From Octopus sinensis (taxonomy: Eukaryota), in the NCBI RefSeq assembly GCF_006345805.1, contig NC_043004.1, positions 97,092,001 to 97,156,000 of the forward strand: DNA of 64,000 bases, written 5' to 3'. The notes under the pieces are model-generated. The model ran no database searches. It was not told the origin of the DNA and saw nothing but the letters and a program-made list of their open reading frames with translations. Shown here one piece after another: positions 52,160 to 64,000 of the stretch (its first letter is position 1; the number at the start of each line of letters is the position of its first letter). Both the position numbers and the translations under genes were made by a program.

Positions 52160-52706
52160 TGTAGGCATACAGCCTGGAGTTTATGGAGACGGAGATAGTC
52201 GATCGCATCGACCCCAGTACTGACCTGGTATTTAATTTATCGACCCCGAATGGATGAATGGCGAATTTGACCTCAGGGGAATTTGAACTCAGAACGTAGC
52301 TACGGGCGAAATACCTATTTCTTTACAACCCACAAGGGGCTAAACACAGAGGGGACAAACAAGGACAGACAAACGGATTAAGTCGATTACATCGACCCCA
52401 GTGCGTAACTGGTACTTATTTAATCGACCCCGAAAGGATGAAAGGCAAAGTCGACCTAGGCGGAATTTGAACTCAGAACATAGTGGCAGACGAAATACCT
52501 ATTTTTTTACTACCCACAAGGGCCTAAGCACAGAAGGGACAAACAAGGACAGACAAACGGATTAAATCGATTACATTGACCCCAGTTCTCAACTGGTACT
52601 TAATTTATCGACCCCGAAAGGATGAAAGGCAAAGTCGATTTCGGCGGAATTTGAACTCAGAAAGTAACGACAGACGAAATACCGCTAAGCATTTCGCCCG
52701 GCGTGG
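52160..52706 (-). mobile_element. SINE family B trimer
   Basis: The GAAATACC junction motif recurs at 52308, 52492 and 52676 (184-bp period). Confidence 0.85.
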
Positions 52707-53386
52707 GATGAATAGTAATAGTAGCAACTCAGAAACGAGCCAAAAGGAAAGCCATTTGCCATGCTAGAAATAACTGTCAAACACCCAATGAGCAAATACT
52801 ACGATACACGTTTTTGAGAAGGGTTTAGTTTCACAACTGGAACACCAACACCCTTGCCGTTCCAGTTGTGATAGGCGTGCTGTGTAAGAATTAAACAAAA
52901 GCAGAAACAACAACAACAACAACAACAACAGTAGCTTTCATTTAAAATGTCCAATAAAATGTTACGATAAAACTGAGATAGTCATCGACTAATAAATTTC
53001 CAGTCATCAATGCGTTCTTCATTAATCCACAGAGAAAATGATCAAATGGAATTTCTTTAGAGGAAGTCAATAAACTCAATTGAAAGATGAATACTTCATT
53101 AATGGTTAACTCTAATCACAGAAATAATTAATGATTTATTGATAATTTATATTAAAATGATAAGAATTTCATATATTGGCACAAGACTACAAGAATCGTA
53201 GACGAAAGTTATAGTTATGTGCATTGATTTTACTATTTAATTGATACTTATATTACTGATTGTGTAGGAAAGTAGGAAATAAAATTAAAAGATGATGCCA
53301 GCAAGGTTTGAACTTTATGGACAGTAACAAAAGGCTAGTACTCTAAAATGTCTGTTTTGCAGTCAGGTTTTAATAATGACAACAAC

Positions 53387-53463
<77 letters not shown>

Positions 53464-53471
53464 TTATAATA

Positions 53472-54031
53472 AATGCACTGGTGCAGTACCAGGTAGTGGC
53501 TCTCATGGCTTCTGATTTTAACTGATTGGAAGTGTCATCATGTACGTTGTTTTGTCTTGGTATAAAAGATGGGCTACAGCAAATATTCTGCTCAATACCA
53601 CAGATTTGCTTGTTAGTTGTTTCACCATAACCCCTTGAGCATGTCCCTTAGTGGCTGATGATATGTGAATCTCTGATCACGAGCAGAAGTAGTGGGAGAG
53701 CATCATCATAGCCATGTGTTCAGAGGGATTCTTTGGGATTTAAATAATTCACCTCTGGAAACATGGGTGTTTCGTTCAACATCCTTAAACAACCCTTATT
53801 CAGGGACCTTTTGAGTGGGATGGGTTACTCGACCAGAAGAAAATTCTAACTGGGCCCCACTGCAAGGTCATGTGCTGTTTATCTTGATATGAGATCACCA
53901 TGTCGCGCACACATGGTGGTGATGCATGTGCCTATTGTACCCTTATCAGACGGCTTGTCATGAAAATATACTGAGCTTCGTATATTTTACCCCAGTGTCA
54001 TTTTGATGGCATGCACTGCTCTCTCACTCAA
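53472..54031 (+). mobile_element. About 560-bp non-coding retroposon (or long LINE 3' UTR) embedded in (TAA)n
   Basis: Longest member of the family also seen at 6812, 8174 and 35958, with (TAA)n on both sides. Orientation is inferred from the truncation pattern. Confidence 0.7.
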
Positions 54032-54049
54032 TAATAATAATAATAATAA

Positions 54050-54081
<32 letters not shown>

Positions 54082-54109
54082 TAATAATAATAATAATAAT
54101 AATATTTAA

Positions 54110-54184
<75 letters not shown>

Positions 54185-54185
<1 letters not shown>

Positions 54186-55550
54186 GAAATGTATGGACGG
54201 GCTATCGATACCGTCGGGTGGGGGGTTATGAAGCAGATAGAAAAGATGGGCTATAAGTACTTGGTGATTTTGGAAATAGATAAATTGATGGAGAAAGAAA
54301 TGACAGAAAAATTTAAGGTGGAGTACTTGCGCAGACTGAGACTGAAACTCAAGTTGAAATTAAACGGACGGGATAAGATAGAAGCTATCAATACCTGGGC
54401 GGTTTCACTCCTTAGATATGGAGCAGTGGTAATCGCATGGACAGTAGACGAGCTAAACAGCTTAGACAGAAAGACAAGGAATTTGCTAACTAGATGTTGG
54501 ACACTCCACCCAAAAAGTGACACAGACACACTATATGTACCAAGAAAAAGAGGGCGAAGAGGACTTATTGAATGCGAACACAGCATTAGAGCAGATGAAA
54601 ACAACATAGCATGGTATGTAAAAATGCCACAGAACCGCTATTACTAGAAGAAGGTCGGGTTGCTTAAGATTGTAAAGATAAAGCACTGTACAAGCAATTG
54701 AAAACGAATGAAACTGAAAATAGTTGGGTAAAGAAAAGAATGCATGGACAATTTCAGAGGGATGTTGAAAATAAGGCAGACAAAAAAATGTCTGTGGATG
54801 GCTAAAAGTGATCTAAAACCGGAAACGGAGGCTCTAATCTGTGTTGCCGAAGAGCAAGCACTAAGAACAAACTACATAAAATACCGTGTAAAAAACACAG
54901 CAGAAAATAAGTGCAGAATCCGTGGACAAAATGGTGAAACCGTATGGCATATTACCAGCCAATGTACGCCACTACTCCAGAAGGAATATAACAGACGCCA
55001 AGACAATATAGCAAGGCTTGTCCATTGGACACTTCGCAATAACTATGGACATGACAGAGAAAAAATTGGTACGGCCAGAAACCCGAAGGCATCATCGAAA
55101 AGGATAATGCAATGATCCTGTAGGATTTTATGATTCGGTGTGACCATGAGATAGAGAATAGGAAACCATACATAGTCCTAATTGAGAAAGAAAACAAACT
55201 ATGCTGGATCATAGATATAGCGTGCCCAGCTGACAACAATGTATGCAATAAGGAAGAAAGAAAAGTCGAGAGATATGACAAGTTAGCTTGGGGGGTTAAG
55301 CAGTTGTGGTCAATGAACAAGATGAACCAATAATTGTCGGAGCCCTGGGATCAGTGTGTAAAAATCTCGAGAAGTACATGGAACAAATAGGGTCTGCAAT
55401 AAGGGTGGAGCACTTGCAGAAAACAACACTGCTTGGAACCGCTCGAATACTCCGAAAGGTACTCGAAAAATAAGAGGTGTTACCTTAGTTCATTGGTAGT
55501 GAACGGCTGACACCGTAGTACATCTCCAACGTTAGAAGTTGTGCAAATGC
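54185..55550 (+). mobile_element. 5'-truncated R4/Dong-like non-LTR retrotransposon
   Basis: RT C-terminus (YKYLVILE, LHPKSDTDTLYVPRKRGRRGL), zinc-knuckle remnant (CRI...ETVWHITSQC) and REL domain (KPYIVLIEK...IIDIACP). Frameshifted; (TAA)n on both sides. Confidence 0.9.
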
Positions 55551-55566
55551 AATAATAATAATAATA

Positions 55567-55602
<36 letters not shown>

Positions 55603-55605
55603 CTG

Positions 55606-55662
<57 letters not shown>

Positions 55663-55666
<4 letters not shown>

Positions 55667-55920
55667 AATTCCTATCATAGTAGGTGCATTAGGCATGATA
55701 AAAAAATATTCAGACAAATACATAACAAAAACACCAGGACTTAAAAACACATATAACATACAGAAAATTGCACTACTTGGCACTGCACACATCCTACGCA
55801 GAACACTTTCCATACAATAACCATCAGAGCATCACAACAAATCACAGCACATACCCAAGGCACACAGAGCTGCGCTCGGTAGTGAAGTGAAAGCACGCTA
55901 TAAAAAATAAAACTACTGAA
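55663..55920 (+). mobile_element. 3' end of a second R4/Dong-like family
   Basis: TIPIIVGALGMIKK...IQKIALLGTAHILRRTLSIQ* plus a distinct 3' UTR, with (TAA)n on both sides. Confidence 0.85.
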
Positions 55921-55963
55921 TAATAATAATAATAATAATAATTATAATAATAATATAATAATA

Positions 55964-56021
<58 letters not shown>

Positions 56022-58525
56022 AATCCTTTTTATTATAAGCGCAATGTCTGAAAGGTATGGGGTATGGAGCTCGTCGATTACATCGACCCCAGTACTTAAC
56101 TCGTATTAATTTTCGCGATCCTTCAACAGGAAACCCCACTCTCTAATCTCGTGGTTGCTGCGGATGCTAGGTTTTGAAGAATGACTTGTCAGAAATGTTC
56201 AAGCTATGTTCAGGGGAATGTTAGTAAGGTGATAATTAGTAATGATTACAGCAAGGACTTTAGAGTGCAGCTAACAATCCCATCCTGTTTATTATAGTTC
56301 TTCATAGCATAAGAGAGGAATTTCAAATCAGTTGCCCTTGGAAACCAGAATATGTTAATGATCTTGTTTTTAGAGCAGATTCCGTGGCAAAATTAACAAA
56401 GAAATTCCAGGTGTAGAAGCAAATACTGGAAAGAAAAAGCCTTGAATTTAACTTATTTAACTTAACAATAACCAATGTTCTAACAAGCTGGAAATCAGAC
56501 AGTATTCTGATTCCTTAAGTAAAAATAACCCGGTTCGATAGGTAGAAAATGGGTTGATATTATTTCCATATAGTGTACTTAGAACCACTTCCTTTGTCCC
56601 CTATCTCGCATTCTCCGTATTATCTCGTACCACATTTTTTTATAATGAATGCCTTTCTCTGGGACATCTTCACATACCAGCCATCGACGACTCCTTTGTC
56701 ATTCACTATATCTACCATTGCATACCATTGTCGACCTCTGCCTTCCATCTCTGCCACTGCATATATATATATAATAATAATAATAATAATATTAGGGAGT
56801 AAATCCAAACTTACAGGGAAAAATTAGATTTAGGATTAAATCCAATTTTATAGTATAAATATATATTATATTATATTAAATTAGAGATAAAACCGCTATT
56901 AGGCAAATCAAACAGTGAAAATCATAAACCAATACATAGAAAAAAAATTAATTAAAAAAATATAAATATAAATATAAAAAATATGAAATATAAAATTCCA
57001 AATTAAAATATTTAAATTAAAGTTAAAATTTAAAAAATTATTTAAATAATTTAAACTTATAAATTTTGAATATATATATATATAAATTATATAACTATCA
57101 AAAAGTATTAAAAGTTTAATATAGATAAATAGTAGAAACACTACGATCGTTTCATGCCCGTAACCAATTCGAATAACAATAATTTAAATTCAATTAATAA
57201 TTCACTGTTGCTCCCCTCACCACCTATATGTACTGCCACCTATCACATCTTGCTCCTTGACCCACTCCTATTTAGCTTCCCACAAGCTGAGTTTCACCAT
57301 TAACCACACATCACTCACGTTCACTATTCACTACCTTCGCCTTTCTTTTTATCTAAGCCAATCTGTCACACTTTTTACTCTTTCGCAGACCTACTGAACC
57401 ACCCATCCGCCCTTGACCATCTGACCGTATTTTCTCTAATATGCACCTTCATGTACCTAAAGGGTAAGATCTAAGGTTAAGATCTGATATTCTATCTCCC
57501 CCATCATTTCTTCATTTCTAACTGGGCCACCCATGTATTTTCTCTACGGTAATACATCTGTGTCAGTCTGCTATCATATCATTTCAGTATTTCAACACCT
57601 TTCACAAAACCAGCTCTTCCAACAATGTGCTACCACACACTCGAATGGTCTTGTCTTGTGAATTACTTGGTGACATCACTAGTGTCTTTAAAGAAGCACC
57701 CAGAACACTTTGTAAAATGGTTGACATTAGAAAGGGTATCTCGTTGTAGAAACCATGCTAAAACAGACATCGGAGTTCAGTGCATTTCTCTGGCTTGCTT
57801 GGAGCTTGTTGAGCCGTCCAATCTATGCCAACATGAAATACGGATGATAAATGAAGATAATGATTATTATGATAACGTTAAGCAACATTAATAGCAAATC
57901 TACTCACATAGCTTTAATCAGGCTGAATTAAAATGGACATCATTTACCCTGACCCAAGGTGTCATACAGTGCGGCTGAACCCGATGCCTAATGGTTGCCA
58001 AGCAGTCGTACAATTTTGATCAAGTCGGCAGCATCTGAACTCACGTAAACTACACAGCCTATACTTACACTTCTGAATGCATACTCACACGCACACACAT
58101 GCACAACTCACTCATATATGAGACCATAACTTCCACTGGTAAGTGTGCTTGATGTGCTAGCATGTACCTTGATTTTATTAATTGTTCTTGATCAGCTATG
58201 TAATCATTAGCTGACATAGATACATAGAGAGTCTCAGACTCCCCACTGTTGTATCAGTGAAGCGTCGAAGATATGGCTGTTGGAAGAGAGAGAGATGGAA
58301 GCCTGAGCATTGCCCTCTCACTCAGTCTCAGCTGATTTAACTGGAGCAATGTGAAATGAAGTTACCCAAGTAAACGGTGCACCAACCACACACGCACACA
58401 CACACACACATATATATGCATTTGTGGTAATTCCGTCCTTATAAAGACGTTACTTAATAAATAGATGACCTTAGTTATTCAATATCTAGAAATCAATAAA
58501 ATATCTACCTGACTGGGAGTGTTAA

Positions 58526-58760
58526 ACCTATTTCTTTACTACCCACAAGGAGCTAAACACAGAGGGGACAAACAAGGACAGGCAAACGGATTAAGTCGAT
58601 TATATCGACCCCAGTGCGTAACTGGTACTTATTTAATCGACCCCGAAAGGATGAAAGGCAAAGTCGACCTCGGCGGAATTTGAACTCAGAACGTAGTGGC
58701 AGACGAAATACCGCTAAGCATTTCACCCGGCGTGCTAACGTGTCTGCCAGCTCGCCGCCT
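58526..58760 (-). mobile_element. Full-length monomeric SINE family B
   Basis: Head GGCGGCGAGCTGGCAGACACGTTAGCACGCC through tail AAAGAAATAGGT. Confidence 0.88.
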
Positions 58761-61624
58761 TCGAGTGTTATACTATTTGTTCTCATGCATAAAACACGCT
58801 TATTATATTCTTAAATGTATCATAAAATTGCATTGCTCCTGATGTGGCTGTATTACAGATGGGAGACTGTGTGTTGTTGGATAGGGAGCCGAATAATCGT
58901 ATGTCCACTAAGTCCAATTGATAGTAATAATAAAATATCGAAAGACAAAGCAAATATTGTTTACAGAACGTCGGTAGTTACATCATCTCATTATACTACC
59001 TTTCATAGCATGCATAATCAACTACTGGCATATGTCTTACTTCATTTATTGAATGAGTTACCTTTAAGAAAAAATCTTTTGAATAAATTAGATGAAAACT
59101 CTCCCAGACAAGTAAAAACGATATTAAACTTTCATCTGCCTCTCAGCTATTTGTGGATGAGAACGAAACTGTAAAATTGTAACAGAGAGGTATCATGCAG
59201 TTGGCTGATGATTTTAACCTAAAATGTCCCAGCCAAACATACACGATAATTCTCTTGACCAAAATATAAACAAATATATAGTTTATCTAAAAGAAATTAC
59301 AATTGAAATGCATACACGTATAACGTAGTTTATTGATAATAAATCTATGATTTCAAACTTTATTTCATATATTGTCACAGTTTTTGTATTTACATGTCCG
59401 GAATCATACATTTTTATGAACAAAACCGCTTTGAAATATGATTCAATAAGAATATGAAGATACATAGTAAACTGTTATCCACAAAATATACTTGTAAAAT
59501 GGAGGTGCGTTTTGTACATCGACAATTGGGGGAATTAACTAATAGCTCTGAAGGTGATATACCTGGATGGTCAAAAACACAATATCAGTAGCAAGTAAAA
59601 GAATGTATATTACTGAATTTGTCTTAGTTTGACAGTGCCATCGTATCTCAAACACGATAGACTGATCTACATCTATTTTTCTTCAAGTAAAAAGAAAACT
59701 CTAGGCTTTGCTCTTCAACAGAAAGTAAAGGAAAATTATCGACCTAGCTTTAGATTTTCCCTTCTTATCAATATTTAATAAGCTAATCTTTTGGTTTTAA
59801 TTGTTACAGACCTCACCTGTCTCCTCAATTCTAGACTCCACCTTAAGTTCTTTGAAGAATTGTCAGACATATGAGTTAACATTAAAATAATATTAGTCAT
59901 CGAGCTAATTTTTTTTTTATTCTTACGATTTTAGCATAATTAATAAATTAGTTGTAATTTTTAAAAACATTTATTTCCCTTCATTAGGTGCAGATGTCAC
60001 TGTTTTGAAGACAGAAATCTGTTAATTCCTTTGTCAATTCCTTCAGGTTGAAGTGGTTTTCACTTTATTTTCCTTGATAGCTGGAGATTTGTTGAGGAAC
60101 TCATTTGTTTAACTCTTGTAATACCAAAATATCTTATACCACCCTTGGTTCTATGATACAAACTTCCTGTTTTAAAGTGCTTTAAATATAAGAAAAAGAC
60201 TGCAAAATTTCATTTCATTTATGTTACAATCGTCAACATAACACTTACAATGTTATTCTACTAAATGTTCTTTATTTTCAAAGTTAATTGATATAAAAGC
60301 GATGTATTTAAACAGTAATATGTGTAGTAAAAGGGTTAAGCAATTAAATAGACATTTACTTTCATCTGTCTTTCACTCATATACTTAAACGTGAGTTCTA
60401 ACTTGTTCCGTTCAATTGGAATTCCATGATTTTCACTACCTCCAGAGCTCAAAATAATGATTATCGAACTTATAGTTAAGATTGCTCAGCTTATTACAGT
60501 AACCAGAATTATCAGAAACAAATGGCGAAAGTATATTTGATTATGTTAGCATGAAATGCATCGAGGTAAATTTAAAAGAATTTTGATTTTTGAATTAGTA
60601 TCAGAAATCGAAATATTTGTTTCCTGATTCTGATAACTCCTAAGTGTTAAATATATAAGATATGAGAGCTGAGATGTAATTATAGGAAAAGTGATTTAGA
60701 AAGCACTGAATCAAATATGGTAAGGTTAATTTTATTTAATTCGCTTTCAAATTTAAATCTTCCCATGAGGAGTTCTATCGAAACTGTTCTTATGGAAATT
60801 TAATTTACGACTGTACAGCATTTGGCAATAACATGAACATAGGTAATTATTTCAGCAATATAAGATTGCTATAGATTAATGGCACCTTTAAAGCTGATCA
60901 GAACTATATTAATCAATTTTCAATATCTATTTTTCTATTTTAATTTGTGCTTTTACTTAGCATTTGAGAAAAGCACTTTTAATTTTAAATGCATTAGGAT
61001 TATTTACACCAGTACAGCAATTTATATAGTAATACTTTGGTACACAATACAGAACTGTCCAATATTGTAGCTTACCTGTTAAATAGATAATGTGTTGTAT
61101 TCTATACACTTGTATTGCATTCAATACTGAGAAACTTAGCTTGTGGTTCTTTTAGCTGTAAATAGGTATCACAATGAAGTAGAGGCTAATGTAAGTAACA
61201 ATGCAACTATATAACTGATATTTGAGTTAATATTTTTTATCAGTTATAAAGACACATTTATATTTTACTCATTTTTGAAAGAAGAAAGCTACCAGTTGAT
61301 TTGTGGTCAAGGAAATATCAATGAAGGTCACCGTCCGTGGCTCAGCAATTTTCTAGAGGGCACTGAATGTAAGCACTCATCCGATTACAGATAGTTCTCT
61401 CTCTTCTATCCTCTCTCTCTCTCTCTCTCTCGAACACACAAACGTGCTGTCTACGTAATACGTCCACATGATATTGATTGACCTGTATCTATGGTAAAGA
61501 TACTTGCCTATGGTCATATGTCTGTCATATGTATGCATGTATGTATATATATGTGTGTGGGTATATTTATTTATTTATCTATCTATAAATGTGCGTGGAT
61601 GTATCTGTCCATTTATACACACAC

Positions 61625-61674
<50 letters not shown>

Positions 61675-61676
<2 letters not shown>

Positions 61677-61830
61677 GGTGGTTTTCTATTCCATATGAAG
61701 AGTCTGACCACCTCCTGTACCTACATCTTAGATCTCATCATGGCGTCTGGTGTGGCTTTTTAAACCAGACAGCGTATTGAAAAGACACCCACATAGATTA
61801 CATATCCGATTTGGACCACCAAGTGCTGCA
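61675..61830 (-). mobile_element. Probable RTE-like LINE 3' end with intact C2H2 finger
   Basis: CNLCGCLFNTLSGLKSHTRRH fits CxxC-x3-F-x5-L-x2-H-x3-H and is followed by a stop and a short UTR. No TGEKP linker; paralog at 20965-21105. Confidence 0.5.
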
Positions 61831-62334
61831 GGTAAGTGCATGAGGATGATATAAAAAATTGAACACCTTCCAGTTATAGAGGAGATGGTATTTGAATCTA
61901 TTCTAAATGACATTTATTTTTGCTGGAATCTGCGCAGAGCTCTTGAAATATCGGGGTGACAAAATGTTTGAACTCACAAGATATTGGCTGACCTGAGGCT
62001 GGAATAAAGATACTTCTCTAACGTTCCATGCATTGGGACCGAATTTGAATGCATGCAAGTGTGAATGAAACTAGTTAATGAAACCAACATGCATATGCCT
62101 GAATATAAAAATCATAGAAAAACATACAAATAAGAGTACTATCATCTGTGAGTGTGTCAGTGTTTGAGAGTGAGGATGAGAGAGAGAGAGAGAGTGAGGA
62201 GGAGAGAGAGAGAAAGCTGGTTCCAGAGGCGTCCTATGTGATTCTTTCCACTTTTCTTGTTGCTGTTGGAGGTGATGATGATGCCGGAGTTACTAGGGTT
62301 ATTGCTGTCTCAGTTGCTTTTGATGATGTCGTAT

Positions 62335-62565
62335 ACTCTTTACTCTTTTACTTGTTTCAGTCATTTGACTGCGGCCATGCTGGAGCACCGCCTTTTAATC
62401 GAGCAACTCGACCCCGGGACTTATTCTTTTGTAAGCCCAGTACTTATTCTATCGGTCTCTTTTTGCCGAACCGCTAAGTAACGGGGACGTAAACACACCA
62501 GCATCGGTTGTCAAGCAATTCTAGGGGGACAAACACAGACGCACAAACAGATACACACACACACA

Positions 62566-62618
<53 letters not shown>

Positions 62619-62776
62619 CGACAGGCTTCTTTCAGTTTCCGTCTACCAAATCCACTCACAAGGCATTGGTCGGCCCGGGGCTATAGCAGAAGACACTTGC
62701 CCAAGATGCCACGCAGTGGGACTGAACCCTGAACCATGTGGTTGGTTAGCAAGCTACTTACCACACAGCCACTCCT
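62335..62776 (-). mobile_element. tRNA-derived SINE family A
   Basis: Full head to tail. Confidence 0.88.
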
Positions 62777-64000
62777 GATGGTCTTATAGGTTTCGCAGCT
62801 ACTCGTGCAATTGTTGGTGTTGCTGTTGTATTAGTAGCTGACTGTAATTTAGGTGTTCCAGTTGTCTCCGTTGTTGTTGAAGATGTGGTTGTAACTGTGA
62901 TATATTGCTTTAGTTGTTACTGTTGTTGAGGTAGTATAGGTAGTAAGAATGGCTTCGTGTTTCCTATCTTTTGGGGTTAGAAGGCTCAAACGTCACATTT
63001 TCTATGTGTTCGGGATTCACATGAAGCAAGATATATATGTTTATCCCTTACTAGTTCTCCTTGCTGCTTAGTCTGACCCCAAGGTGTGTCTCCAGATCCT
63101 CTTATACAACGCAGGCTACGACCGTCCAGGTCTTCACGCCAGGCGGAATACCCGATATCCTTAGCATAACGGTTCTTCTTGAGAGCTATGTCGGATACAG
63201 GACACACTTCTCATTCTAACGGGATGTCACCGAATGTTTTCACGTGAAGCCCTCACTTTTGAAGAGGACTTCGATAATGGCAAACCGTCTCCGCCCTTGC
63301 ATATGGATTTCATCTTCCATAATGTCCTTCGGAGACTTCTCTACTCAAGTGATTGTGACCAGTTCGGTACTACATCTCTGTCGTGAGACACGTCTGTAAT
63401 AAACTGTTCCCTTTTCTAGTTTTTACGTGTTTTCAGGTGGCCCAAGTTCTGCTGCATTACTCATTCAAATTTAATAATTTGTTTTGCTTATCAAATTCCT
63501 TAATTCCCCAACCAGAGCTAGTGGAAACATTTCTTTTTTCGCGCTAGCAACGCCTAAAGGCTTCTTGATTTGTTGTTCCTGACGCCGTTAAGTTTTCCAC
63601 TGGTTTTATTATTGCTGTTGTTGATTTTGTCGTTGTTGGTAGTGTCGTTGCTTTTTTTTCTCTGGTGTCATTTTTCATGTTGTCCTCGGCGTTGTTTTTG
63701 CTGTTCACCATGTCCTTATTCTTTTGTATTTATTGCAGTTTGTTGCTGTTGCAGTGGATGCGGTGTTGGTGGATTCGCTGTTGCCTATATTGGCGGTGGT
63801 TTCGCTGCTGTATTTGCTGCTGTTTGCACTATCTCTGTTAATTATATTCTTGCTACTACTACTGGTGAACGTTGTGGTGGCGATTTTGCTGCGGCTGAGT
63901 TTCTCTGTGTTGTACGTTTCTTGTCTTCCTACAGGATTTTGTCGTTGCTGGCGGCGGCTGCTGGTATTGGTGTTGTAGATGTTGTTGCCGCTGCCACCAC

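Noticed and set aside
52160-52706. CRISPR-like array
   Set aside because: Eukaryotic SINE multimers with no unique spacers or cas genes.
57136-57165. Minus-strand GAAACGAUCGUA-GUGUUU (palindromic stem III)
   Set aside because: Only the 3' half is present. The CUGANGA half is missing.
58815-59174. 119-aa ORF in non-repetitive DNA
   Set aside because: Protein-like, but no recognisable family or convincing donor site. Needs a homology search.
62990-64000. Possible retroelement ORF1/gag remnant and a long stop-free minus frame
   Set aside because: Only a weak motif impression (VMLRISGIPPGV). The open frame is explained by AAC/AGC-rich low complexity.

Overview
Repeat-saturated, AT-rich eukaryotic DNA. 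The SINE families and microsatellite load look like an octopus/coleoid cephalopod genome (recognised from memory, not searched). No host gene could be identified with confidence. Most ORFs in the track are microsatellite artefacts. The real coding remnants are transposon fossils: a CR1/L2-like RT, mariner and DD37D-like transposases, a Penelope RT plus GIY-YIG, several REL-endonuclease (R4/Dong/NeSL-like) non-LTR fragments, RTE 3' ends and a Helitron Rep relic. The main hidden signal is at the RNA level: 14 type I hammerhead-ribozyme (HHR) motifs of about 7 families, 11 near-intact and 3 degenerate. They include (i) an ORF-less tandem repeat of about 0.5 kb with one HHR per unit (45920-46739, retrozyme-like), (ii) a tRNA-headed SINE that carries an HHR (11951-12588), and (iii) two families in which the core C3-G8 pair is replaced by a compensatory U3-A8 pair in every copy. 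Other patterns are microsatellite-targeted retrotransposon clusters, a SINE that seems to prefer GGTATT sites and forms 184-bp multimers, a LINE/SINE shared 3' tail, and several fold-back duplications. All structures were folded by eye. Element boundaries are approximate to about 10-20 bp unless a TSD or TIR is quoted.
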